39,902 bases of DNA, taken from the NCBI GenBank assembly GCA_032718475.1, contig JAUCBJ010008180.1, positions 1 through 39,902 on the forward strand. Direction: 5' to 3'. The notes beneath the pieces were generated by a model, which ran no database searches, was not told the DNA's origin, and saw only the letters and a program-made list of their open reading frames with translations. This document shows, in pieces, positions 21,901 to 30,467 of the stretch. Every line of letters starts with the position of its first letter. Position 1 is the first letter of the stretch. The translations under genes and the position numbers were made by a program. This DNA comes from Nemertoderma westbladi. Lineage: Eukaryota > Animalia > Xenacoelomorpha.

Positions 21901-24359
21901 CAGCCAAAGGGCAGGACATGGCGATTAAGAGAACGGAATCTCAGCAGAAGGCATTGGGAATCGTGTGGGATAGAGAGACAGACGAACTGAAGTATCAGCT
22001 GAGCCAGGAGGGCGCAGACATCCACACGAAGAGGGGCTATGTATCGTATATAGCAAGGATATACGATCCCCAAGGCCTAGCATCCCCATTATTAGTCACG
22101 GGGAAACAGATACTCAAGAGAGTATACAAATTGAAAGATGAGTGGGACGTAGAGGTACCAGAGGAAATCAAGAAGCAGTGGAGCAAATGGACAGGAAACT
22201 TGGAGAAGATGGGAACATACAATATGCCCCGAGTGTATTTCCCGGATGGGAACATGACGAATCTGGACCTACACATGTTCTCCGACGCGTTGTTGGAAGC
22301 GTACGGAGCGGCACTCTACTTAGTACAACGAGAGGGGGCTCATAAGCCAAGGCTAGCCTTTAGCAAAGCAAAGTCAACGCCGCCAGATTCAGCATCAGTT
22401 CCCAAGTTAGAATTGACAGCTGCGAGACTAGGAGTTAGAGCCAAAGCCTACCTAGTCGATACTATTCCCAACATAGTGGAGACACACTACTGGACGGACT
22501 CCATGGTAGTGCTTGGTTGGCTACACAATGAAAGGATGAGATACCCGATATTCGTCGCGGATAGAGTGGACGAAATAAGGGCGAGTACAGAACTGGAAAG
22601 GTGGCACTACTGCCCAACAGACGAGAACCCAGCGGACTTGCTGTCGAGGGGCGTGGAACGCCACACTTTCCTGAAGAAGGAGGTATTGTGGCAACATGGG
22701 CCACAATTTCTGAGCGATAAGGAGGCCTGGCCGCCGATGAGAAAGGTGGAGCCGGGCTCGGAAGTAGTATCAGAAGGAGAAGAGGGAGATTCAGAGGGAG
22801 AAGAGATATACTCCCAGATGGTAAGGGAGATTAGGGACGTGCAACCAGGAAAGGAACTGTGCGATAACCCGACGGATAAACTCCTCAGCTACAGTTCTAG
22901 TTGGTATAAGACCAAGAAACTAGTGGCGTACTGGAGAGCCTTCGGGAATTTCCTTGCGGGAGTTGGCAAGGACAAGAAGATCAGAACAACCATAGATCTG
23001 GATGGAGCGGCCAAGGCAGTGATCCGCTATGAACAACGGAAGAACTACGGCGACGAGGTGGAACGCGTCGGTAACCGACAGCACCTCCGACGGGACAGCG
23101 AGCTGATTACGCTGTCGCCACAACTCAATGACGACGGGATTCTAGTAATGAATTCTAGGGTGGGATACAACAACAGCATAGTGGTACCACCGAAACCCAT
23201 CATCATTCCTACAGGATCGCCAATAGTCCACCAGATTATATGGGACTCCCACAAATCGATATTGCATGGGGGCACCAACCGAACCCTCGCAGAGATAAGG
23301 AGGACCTATTGGGTCAAACAATTAAGGAAGAAGGTTAAAGCGGTAGTGGGGCAGTGCCAGACCTGCCGACGGGCGAAGAAGGAGCGAGCCGTACAGGAGA
23401 TGGCGCCACTACCGGCGAGTAGGGTAAGACAGCACGACCCGCCATTTACGCATTGCGGTGTGGACATGTTCGGGCCGATCAAGATCAAAGTGATGCGACA
23501 CACGGAGAAACGCTACGGCATTATCTTCGTATGCAACAATACGCGGGCGGTAGGGATAGAACTCGCCCAAGATGCAACCGCATCAGCGTTCATTAACGCC
23601 TTAGAAAGGTTTAGGGACCGCAAAGGTGGGACGATCGCAGTGATATACAGCGACAATGGCACCAACTTTGTGGGCGCAGAGAGTGAGATGGCAGAGGCCT
23701 TGGACATCTTGGAGGGAGAAGAAGTCAGGGCAGCCATGAGACGACGACAAGTAAAGTGGGAGAGAAGGACGCCGTATGCACCACATACACTAGGATGCGT
23801 CGAGAGACTGGTGGGCAGTTCAAAGCGTCTAATGACGAAGCTAATGAACACCCACATGGTCACTGAGGATGTCTTACGGACAGTACTTGCGAAGTGCGAG
23901 GGGATCATTAATAGCAGACCGCTATATCCGGAGAATGATGACCCTGAGTCACTAGACGTGCTAACGCCTAGCCATTTCCTAATGGAAAGGCCAACGACCA
24001 TCGATATGCGGGGTGTAGACCCAGATGACATACACTCCCACCAAAGTTGGAAAGTCGCTAAAGCAATAAGCGCAGAGTATTGGAGGAGGTGGGTCGAGGA
24101 ATACCTACCCACGCTCCATAAGCGAAGCAAGTGGAGGAAGCCGAACAGGGAGTTAAGAGAGGGAGATCTCGTAATCGTTACGGATGATACTATCATCAAC
24201 AACCAATGGCGGTTGGCGAGAGTTGTAGGCACCTACTCCGACGAGGACGGAAGAGTCCGATCGGTAGAAGTGCGGATAGGTGGAAAGATAGGTGCGAAGG
24301 ACAGAAAAACCTACAGTAGAGCTGTAGGTAAATGCTGTCTATTAGAAGGGGCACCTTAG
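18963..24359 (+). CDS. BEL/Pao Gag-Pol polyprotein (capsid, Zn knuckle, aspartic protease, RT, RNase H, integrase)
   Basis: Gag P..KFDG...Y..F, knuckle CSRCVMSGHRAREC, protease LVDSGA (~20445), RT YYLPLH/LRMVVDASA/CLNDYLLEGP/DIEGMF/FYVDD (~21720). RNase H HMFSDA, VPKLEL, WTDS, NPAD (~22270-22640). Integrase H..H..C..C, GVDMFGP, SDNGTNF, E (~23250-23810), and the C-terminal W..W..EYL..L..R.KW domain. The true start is probably upstream. Confidence 0.97.
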   Translation: MHGPQHININPSTKHTSGGGGGQGDIPPSQYQQYTPIGARTTRPLDENKSCDTEIGRGPLPPMTYPGQRKSRNRTDEPHQTGETMQHPSNPLEAQAMGMATLIDALKTRIELPPVEPFKFDGSRPEEYLQFRHMYSNEILTKNLTQAECLKYLQVYTGGPAYDIVRQYQGIEGGFTTAWRALDREYGHPAKIIRQTLRGITSGGLQDNPVSIKTFANKVEKALIVLKTLDAPYELNASNNITTIAQALPNWLRNKWRKIAFSTRDKKGAEPGLEKMSNFLNYEAELITDPVYSEDSLGKGPKTDYHRPKPEHNTSNALPRLRQSLPYAATQGTASPQLAEDKTTPWNGQGNNNNTNKHNPSTSNRQNPNNKNSRDFGTNATAIRNALYKEGYDPKSKCQLHANALHQTMNCRYWQALPRQDQIDYAFSNKICSRCVMSGHRARECKEKPMKFGQRRGQTMATSTVGAKKRGTVLLGVVPVRVIGEGNRSVTTLMLVDSGAAFTLVEEWVAEEIGLRTRPSRMAVTTISSKDEILEMRTGRCAIAAVAPGCDYGATIDPIQVIESININARRPTNIEVEQYKFLDNIDFSIPDVDVRKVSIIVGMDCPTAHERMQTVFGEDKQSDPVAILTPFGWTLSGPIKSKIPFRMSETSGCMFAGTMQEMSDEGAEEQLKRLLRQDLEGLKETGVGTSVEDKQALQSVEESMTCDEGRYTIGMVWKLPKIPLPDNRGMVLTRLRKLKQTLKRSPEKNEYIHRTIKKYVEKGWAVELPVDEPNTDRTYYLPLHVALDPKKGKLRMVVDASAKTDGKCLNDYLLEGPNIYNSGIEVLLRFRNGKHAFTCDIEGMFNQVRVTEEDSDSQRFLWYNGEEEPPIIPAYKMIVQNMGAKASSFTTTMAVRDTVKGKEDRYSSRAVDMIRRGFYVDDGMESGNTVKEILDTGREVRDILKGSGFNLTKFQSSSEEFIKAIEDRKPESTMDNPTTAKGQDMAIKRTESQQKALGIVWDRETDELKYQLSQEGADIHTKRGYVSYIARIYDPQGLASPLLVTGKQILKRVYKLKDEWDVEVPEEIKKQWSKWTGNLEKMGTYNMPRVYFPDGNMTNLDLHMFSDALLEAYGAALYLVQREGAHKPRLAFSKAKSTPPDSASVPKLELTAARLGVRAKAYLVDTIPNIVETHYWTDSMVVLGWLHNERMRYPIFVADRVDEIRASTELERWHYCPTDENPADLLSRGVERHTFLKKEVLWQHGPQFLSDKEAWPPMRKVEPGSEVVSEGEEGDSEGEEIYSQMVREIRDVQPGKELCDNPTDKLLSYSSSWYKTKKLVAYWRAFGNFLAGVGKDKKIRTTIDLDGAAKAVIRYEQRKNYGDEVERVGNRQHLRRDSELITLSPQLNDDGILVMNSRVGYNNSIVVPPKPIIIPTGSPIVHQIIWDSHKSILHGGTNRTLAEIRRTYWVKQLRKKVKAVVGQCQTCRRAKKERAVQEMAPLPASRVRQHDPPFTHCGVDMFGPIKIKVMRHTEKRYGIIFVCNNTRAVGIELAQDATASAFINALERFRDRKGGTIAVIYSDNGTNFVGAESEMAEALDILEGEEVRAAMRRRQVKWERRTPYAPHTLGCVERLVGSSKRLMTKLMNTHMVTEDVLRTVLAKCEGIINSRPLYPENDDPESLDVLTPSHFLMERPTTIDMRGVDPDDIHSHQSWKVAKAISAEYWRRWVEEYLPTLHKRSKWRKPNRELREGDLVIVTDDTIINNQWRLARVVGTYSDEDGRVRSVEVRIGGKIGAKDRKTYSRAVGKCCLLEGAP

Positions 24360-24477
24360 CAAAGTTAGAGAAAAGTTTAGTCGTCCAAGTTTTGGACTGA
24401 GGGGGGTGGGATTGAGGGCGAGACGCCCTTCCCACAAACAAAAAAAAATAAAATAAAAATAAAATAATGGTACATAG

Positions 24478-25300
24478 TAGGTACGCAGTTAGTAGGCAGA
24501 AGGTATGTAGTACCTAGTTAGTTAGTAGGTACGTAGTACCTAGAGTTAGTTAGTTAGTTAGTAGGTACGTAGTACCTAGAGTTGGTTAGTTAGTTAGTAG
24601 GTACGTAGTACCTAGAGCTAGTTAGTTAGTTAGTGGGTACGTAGTACCTAGAGTTAGTTAGTTAGTTAGTAGGTACGTAGTACCTAGAGTTAGTTAGAGA
24701 GTTAGTAGGTACGTAGTACCTAGAGCTAGTTAGTTAGTTAGTGGGTACGTGGTACCTAGAGTTAGTTAGTTAGTTAGTAGGTACGTAGTACCTAGAGTTA
24801 GTTAGAGAGTTAGTAGGTACGTAGTACCTAGTTAGAGAGTTAGTAGGTACGTAGTACCTAGTTAGAGAGTTAGTAGGTACGTAGTACCTAGTTAGAGAGT
24901 TAGTAGGTACGTAGTACCTAGTCAGAGAGTTAGTAGGTACGTAGTACCTAGTTAGAGAAGTTAGTCAAGAGGTACGTAGTACCTAGTTAGAGAGTTAGTA
25001 GGTACGTAGTACCTAGTTAGAGAGTTAGTAGGTACGTAGTACCTAGTTAGAGAGTTAGTAGGTACGTAGTACCTAGTCAGAGAGTTAGTAGGTACGTAGT
25101 ACCTAGTTAGAGAAGTTAGTCAAGAGGTACGTATTACCTAGTTAGTTAGTTAGTCAAAGAAGAGTTAGAGGGTACGTAGTACCGTTAGTTAGAGTTAGAG
25201 TTAGAGGGTACGTAGTACCGTTAGTTAGAGTTAGAGTTAGAGGGTACGTAGTACCGTTAGTCAGAGTTAGAGTTAGAGGGTACGTAGTACCATTAGTTAG
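24478..25300 (+). repeat. Minisatellite of ~24 (T)AGGTAC-GTA-GTACCT(A) hairpin units with (AGTT/AG)n linkers
   Basis: The core was counted about 24 times by eye with a period of about 26-37 bp, between the pol stop and ORF3. Confidence 0.92.
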
Positions 25301-25800
25301 AGAGAGAGAGAGTAAGAGGTAGAAGGGTATATAAGATATAGATATTAGTTAGCAGTAAGTAGTGTTAGTAGCGAGAGGGGGGGCATATGAGTACAGCTGG
25401 ATAAATCGTGTGGCCACACGACGCATACTGCTGTACTGCATAGACCCACAGAGTAGGCCAGAATGTGGATTAGAGAATAGAGTAATCCATAGGCAGTAGT
25501 AAGTAGTAGGACAGTAGAATCAAAGTAAATAAAATAAATAAATAGAATAGGGCTAAAAATTGTAAAATAGTGGCAACACAAGGGAAGTTATTCTAGAACA
25601 TAATAAAAGTAACGGACAGAAATTGTAAATTACGCTCATTTACTAGCTTCAAAATTAATTAGGAATAATTTAGGTTAAAAGGCGCAGTTAAGTAGGAAAT
25701 AGGCCATTATCGAACTGTACAGAACATCCTAGATACATCACTCATCTGTATTGCGCCTTGGTAAGGCACCACCTTGCAGGTGAGCGAGTGAACGTTCGGA

Positions 25801-28404
25801 ATGGCGAGTAAGTTGATCAGAAAGAGAAAGGCGGAGTCAGGAGGAAAGGAGATACTGGTGGATTTCACCGAGAGGCATCCGGAAGAGAAGACGGGAGGAT
25901 ACTACGAGAGGTTGGAAAGGGGTCACGCGGCACGAGCGCTGCAGGATCACTTCCGGGAGACGCACGAACAGCGGCTGGTCGGGACCTACGGGACCCCGTC
26001 GCTGGACAACGCGATCTTCCAACACTTCCACTACGTGGTAAAAGGGGACGAGGCGAAGTTCGGGATTCCGAAATACCCGAGGGAATCACCGAGGAAGGAC
26101 TGGAAGAGATTCATAGAGTCCGTCAACAGAGGAGGATATATGATCCTAGATGACGAGGGAACCGTGGAAGACGAGGCGGGTTCGAGACGAGGAACGGCAG
26201 GGTCGGCCAGGACCATACTCCTACATTTGGCCGCGCCAAATGGGGACATCTTCTTATTCGACCTAGGGACGTATGGGAAGAAGGACGGACCGAAATTAGA
26301 CCGATTACCGAAAGCGGTACAAGTCTTAGTAAGAGAGAAGTCGACGACGAAAGTGGGATCGGCGATTCGCGAGGACGCGGAGAGGATCATCGGTCCGGAC
26401 GCCACCAACCTCCTGGATATGCAGAAAGTCTTTATGGCCATGACGGCACCGGATGGATTGGGGGTAGTCGAAAACACAGGCCAATGCGGGGCGGTGGCGA
26501 TGGGCCAATTATTGGGGCTCGTATGCCACAAACCGATGGACTGGGGGAAGTTTAGGGAAGAATACGGAGCAGAACTAGCGAACTCGCTAAAGTGGGGAGC
26601 GAGACCGGGAAAGCAGGAGGTATATCAGTTCCGCAGGGGAGCGATAAAGGTATATCAGAAGCGATATATCCTGCAGGAGGACTGGATGATGATAAGTTTG
26701 CTTAACTTATTCATGACCGTGATTATCGAGAGGGAACCAGGGGCATTTCTGTTATCGGGATCACCCCTAAGCTACAGGAGAGCCTTTAAAGTGGCCTTTG
26801 ACGGTCTGGTAGACCACCCGGGGCTGAAGGGCGAGTCGGTGTACTACAACAGCCGACATCTGGTAGACGGGGAGACAGATACACCGTATCAGAGATGGGA
26901 GCAGCTAGAGACGGATAGACGAGAAGCAAAGCGACTGGAAGAAGTCGCTAGACGGGAGAGGATAGAAGCAGAGGAGAGGGAAGAGGAGGCCAGGACACAG
27001 AGTTACGGCTTCGAGGAACAGGCGGGCCTAGACGAACTTCATTGGACTTCGTCAGGGAGTTCGGGGGAGTCTCTAGGGCGAGAATTGGGATGGACGGTGG
27101 GATCGCCGAAACAGTCGACGTCGGGGTTGCAAACGATGCCCATACCAGCGGGCGCCGAGGGCGACCAACCGCCAAGGAAGTTAAGGGAGCTAGAGGGATG
27201 GAGAGCTACGGGCGAGAGCCAAGGCGGGAAGGGACATAGTGGATCCATCGGGATACCGGGATTGGAGACACTACCGGAAGAGGAGGACGACGACGACGAG
27301 TTCGGAGAGATGCCGCCCATCGAGAGGATAGGCCACTCGGACACGGACTGGGTTGGCGGAAGGGTGGTGACGGCCAGTGGGGCGAGGGCCTTCTGGAACA
27401 GATCCGGCAAGCGGACCTGGGTGCACGAGGAGCCGGCGATGGATTTCGCGGGGAGCACCATCAGGTTGGGCGAGCAACCGGGGACGGCACCACGGATAGT
27501 ATTCGGGGAGACGATGCCCGAGAGGGGCGGAGAGATCGACGTAGACAGGGAGACCAACGTAGAGAAGTTCGCCTACCAGCGACTCCACAGACCGCGGAGA
27601 TCGCTTGGGACGAAAGACGAGGTGGGACGGGAGACATTGGTACTCGGCTGCGACTACTGTGGGAGACAGACCCATCGGGAAAGCAGCTGCCTATACCGGT
27701 TCCAACAGGGAACCTTTTGTCTCTACTGCAGAGAACCAAGCCACAGGATGGGGGCGTGTCCACGGTTGCATAACCGATGTCCAAAGTGCCACTTTCGGGG
27801 ACACTACGGACGCGAGTGCGACTGGATGAACGACGAGGAGAAGTTCACGAGATTCGAGGAGTGGGCCGACGTCGGGGCCATGACGCGCCAGCGCATGAAG
27901 GCCCAGGAGTTCAAGTGGGGTTTCTTCCTTATCAATCAGGAGACTCACATGGAAATCATAAAGCGGAGGCTACCGTTTACCTACCAAGAGGTAGCAACGG
28001 CGGCGTCGTACGCTGGAGTGATGAACACGCAAAGGTATCTGGACAGGTGGACGCCAGAGAACCGAAGGGAGTTTAGGGATTTCTTGGCGGAGCACGTACC
28101 AAAGGCAATGAAAATGATCCTATGGGACGCCACTAGAGGGAGACAACCGGGCCATTCTGAGGGGCCACCGGCGAAGCGATATCGGGCACTAATAACACCA
28201 GCGCCCAAGGAGCCAACGACCGGGATCAGCAAGGAAGTGGCGGCGAAGGTCCGAAAGCAGAAAGCGGATGATGCCAGAGGAACGGTGATAACCAAGAAAT
28301 CGACCCAGGGAAGAGGACGCCAGGGGGAACTACCCCCGGAGGAACAGATAGGTTCCCAGAGTCGAGGGAGAGAGACTGGGACTTGGACGTGGTACGCCTG
28401 GTAG
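25801..28404 (+). CDS. Retroelement ORF3: DEDDy (WRN/EXD/RNase D-like) 3'-5' exonuclease domain plus three CCHC zinc knuckles
   Basis: Intact 867-aa ORF. Exonuclease motifs are ExoI ILDDEG (~26143-26160), LLHLA..IFLFDL, LP..V..LV...KVGSAIRED (ExoII), LDMQ, and QKRYILQED (ExoIII-like, ~26656-26682). Knuckles are CDYCGRQTHRESSC, CLYCREPSHRMGAC and CPKCHFRGHYGREC (~27649-27819). No signal peptide or TM anchor. Confidence 0.8.
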   Translation: MASKLIRKRKAESGGKEILVDFTERHPEEKTGGYYERLERGHAARALQDHFRETHEQRLVGTYGTPSLDNAIFQHFHYVVKGDEAKFGIPKYPRESPRKDWKRFIESVNRGGYMILDDEGTVEDEAGSRRGTAGSARTILLHLAAPNGDIFLFDLGTYGKKDGPKLDRLPKAVQVLVREKSTTKVGSAIREDAERIIGPDATNLLDMQKVFMAMTAPDGLGVVENTGQCGAVAMGQLLGLVCHKPMDWGKFREEYGAELANSLKWGARPGKQEVYQFRRGAIKVYQKRYILQEDWMMISLLNLFMTVIIEREPGAFLLSGSPLSYRRAFKVAFDGLVDHPGLKGESVYYNSRHLVDGETDTPYQRWEQLETDRREAKRLEEVARRERIEAEEREEEARTQSYGFEEQAGLDELHWTSSGSSGESLGRELGWTVGSPKQSTSGLQTMPIPAGAEGDQPPRKLRELEGWRATGESQGGKGHSGSIGIPGLETLPEEEDDDDEFGEMPPIERIGHSDTDWVGGRVVTASGARAFWNRSGKRTWVHEEPAMDFAGSTIRLGEQPGTAPRIVFGETMPERGGEIDVDRETNVEKFAYQRLHRPRRSLGTKDEVGRETLVLGCDYCGRQTHRESSCLYRFQQGTFCLYCREPSHRMGACPRLHNRCPKCHFRGHYGRECDWMNDEEKFTRFEEWADVGAMTRQRMKAQEFKWGFFLINQETHMEIIKRRLPFTYQEVATAASYAGVMNTQRYLDRWTPENRREFRDFLAEHVPKAMKMILWDATRGRQPGHSEGPPAKRYRALITPAPKEPTTGISKEVAAKVRKQKADDARGTVITKKSTQGRGRQGELPPEEQIGSQSRGRETGTWTWYAW

Positions 28405-29056
28405 GCGCCGCGTGGGATGTACGAACTATTAAGTACAAATTCAATTAATGCAAAATAATCATATAAGTGCAATTTGTATGTACGTACGTAGTAATTAGTA
28501 ATCTAGAAATATATACGTTCGGAGTAAGTACTATAGTCATACAACCTTTCTCAATTAGCTACTGGGACTGGGGGATAACTGACTATGGCACTATGGACGA
28601 GACACCAGACAATTTCACACTTCTTGAGTGCGACGGCACGAGAGGGGGGGGGGGGAGATTCGTCAGAAGGGAAGAGACAGTCGAAGTGAGGTTGAGGAAC
28701 GGAATAATAGTGCGGAGTGCGGAGAGAGTGCGGACGCAATTCTAGTGTGGGGGGGGGAAGAATAAGAGGCTGAGTGAGGGACGAGGAGGTCCGAGTGTGA
28801 GAGAGTTAGAATGAGAGTGAAGAAGAGATAGGGCGGAAGTGTTGGGGAAACAAAAGTTGCGTGAGAGGCGAGCACGATCGGCCCGACATGAGACGCCAGG
28901 CACACAGGGTAGTGTTATCATACCCATAGGGGGCGGCCTGGAAAGCCGACTCCGAGAGAAAAGAATTCCACCCCACACCCGATACTAGATCGGGATCCAG
29001 CGGGATTGTAGCGCACTTTTTTGGTTGATGCTATCTTCTTACCGGGAAGATAGCAT

Positions 29057-29065
29057 GGGGGGGAG
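29057..29065 (+). other. Polypurine tract
   Basis: GGGGGGGAG directly abuts the 3' LTR and is preceded by an 11-bp-stem hairpin ATGCTATCTTC/GAAGATAGCAT. Confidence 0.85.
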
Positions 29066-29572
29066 TGTTAGCTTATTCAATCCCGCTAACACCCCATAAA
29101 GTTATAAGCCGATAAGCAATATTGGGAGCCACGAGATTGGATAATTAACCAACTCGTGCCATCCCAATAAGAGTGGGAAGGAAGCACACAATAAAGGGTC
29201 AGGGGCCAAACCCCTAACCCAGAGAGAACAGATGGAGTGAACGGGAAAACTCCACGGGGCGCCAACAAGGGTATCAACCAATCAGAGGGGGGCAAGGCAT
29301 CGATTAGGTAGTAATTAGGCCAACCGTGCAATATAACCAGTAACCCAATATCAGTAATTCAGTTATCTCAGTGCAGTAGTGCTAGCATAGGTTAATTAGT
29401 TTAGATAGGGTATCCCGCCTTCCATATACTATACAATATATCTATATCTTATACCTTTATTATTATACACCGAACTTCAGAACTCATTTTACTTTCATTC
29501 ACTCTTTATACACGGCGGGGACGCGTGAACTAAATACCGGATAAATCGGGATCCCTCCTGGATCCCGTCACA
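29066..29572 (+). repeat. 3' LTR (507 bp)
   Basis: Direct repeat of 15288-15817 lacking GGAGCACGGGACTTTTAGTTACC. Confidence 0.97.
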
Positions 29573-29760
29573 AAATGGCAAAACCCATAAATACATTATA
29601 CAGTAGTGTGGCGGCAGCGGGTGGGGATAATGATAATGGTTAGTTTTTGTAAATTGTTACGAGGAAATATTTACATTTCAGACACCAAACAGAACACCAA
29701 CACTGCCTGAACTTTCTAGACATTCATATATCACATAAACACAATAAACTTTCGTTTTCA

Positions 29761-29950
29761 TTTTATTCGCTATGGAGTGGGATATCATATTTTGGCCTTT
29801 AACTAATCACTCAAAGGAAAGTACAGGGTTATTCCCGTACTCTGCCAGTAATGGCAACCATACCTAAAATACTAACTATGCAGTGTTGTACTTTCCTTTG
29901 AGTGATTAGTTAAAGACAAAAACATGATATCCCACTCCATGCGAATAAAA
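29761..29950. mobile_element. Small hairpin MITE with ~65-bp inverted arms
   Basis: 29761-29825 (TTTTATTCGCTATGGAGTGGGATATCAT...CAAAGGAAAGTACA) is the near-perfect reverse complement of 29887-29950. Confidence 0.8.
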
Positions 29951-29955
29951 TTATT

Positions 29956-30065
29956 CATCCGACCTGGTAGCTCAGATGTCTTAGGACACACACACCCGGC
30001 TGATGATAACCGGAAGTTTGAAACCTAGGTACTGGGTTCGAGCCCCAATGCAATAGGGTCGGTTG
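29956..30065 (+). ncRNA. tRNA-derived (SINE-like) element containing a candidate type I hammerhead ribozyme (29994-30037)
   Basis: A-box-like TAGCTCAGATG, B box GGTTCGAGCCC in a T-arm hairpin, and closing stem CCGACC/GGTCGG. Between them: ACCCGG-CTGATGA-tAACcggaaGTTt-GAAA-CctagG-TA-CTGGGT. Confidence 0.6.
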
Positions 30066-30274
30066 ATAATTTTCGCTATGGAGAGCATTATCATATTGCT
30101 CTATTACATTATATAAAACAATATTGTATCTCACCGATACTTTTATTCAATTTACTATCCGCGAGATATGGTCGATATATCAGATAGGGGGGGGGGGGGG
30201 GGGGGGGGGGAACTGGACACACACAGAAAAATAGATCTCCAGGGGAAACTGGACGCAAATCCCAGAACTGGTGA

Positions 30275-30467
30275 ATTTGGGATTTGGAATTTGGGAATAA
30301 GGATTTTGGGAATAAGGAATTTGAGAATAAGGTATTTGGGAATAAGGTATTTGGGATTTGGGAATAAGGTATTTGGGATTTGGGAATAAGGTATTTGGGA
30401 TTTGGGAATAAGGTATTTGGGATTTGGGAATGAGGTACTTGAGATTTGGGAATAAGGTATTTGGGAT
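30275..30467. repeat. 15/22-bp tandem repeat (TTTGGGAATAAGGTA / TTTGGGA)
   Basis: About ten units in direct tandem, with a further degenerate unit near 30615-30640. Confidence 0.85.

Larger units (their letters stand above)
15288..29572 (+). mobile_element. Full-length BEL/Pao (Belpaoviridae) LTR retrotransposon with an additional ORF3
   Basis: It has two TG...CA LTRs and a 5-bp TSD AAATG (15283-15287, 29573-29577). The gag-pol has the order PR-RT-RNaseH-IN with Pao-type motifs, and a PPT precedes the 3' LTR. Confidence 0.97.

Noticed and set aside
24478-25300. CRISPR-like array of palindromic repeats next to a nuclease gene
   Set aside because: Linkers are low-complexity variants of one another rather than unique spacers; the context is a eukaryotic retroelement and there are no cas genes.
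25801-28404. ORF3 as an envelope gene
   Set aside because: It has no signal peptide, C-terminal TM anchor or glycoprotein-like Cys pattern; the motifs fit an exonuclease plus zinc knuckles.
16000-28472. Numerous antisense ORFs within the retrotransposon
   Set aside because: They are shadows of the long purine-rich sense ORFs, with no independent motifs.
29956-30065. Functional tRNA gene
   Set aside because: No proper anticodon arm, and extra bases lie between the T-arm and the 3' acceptor strand.
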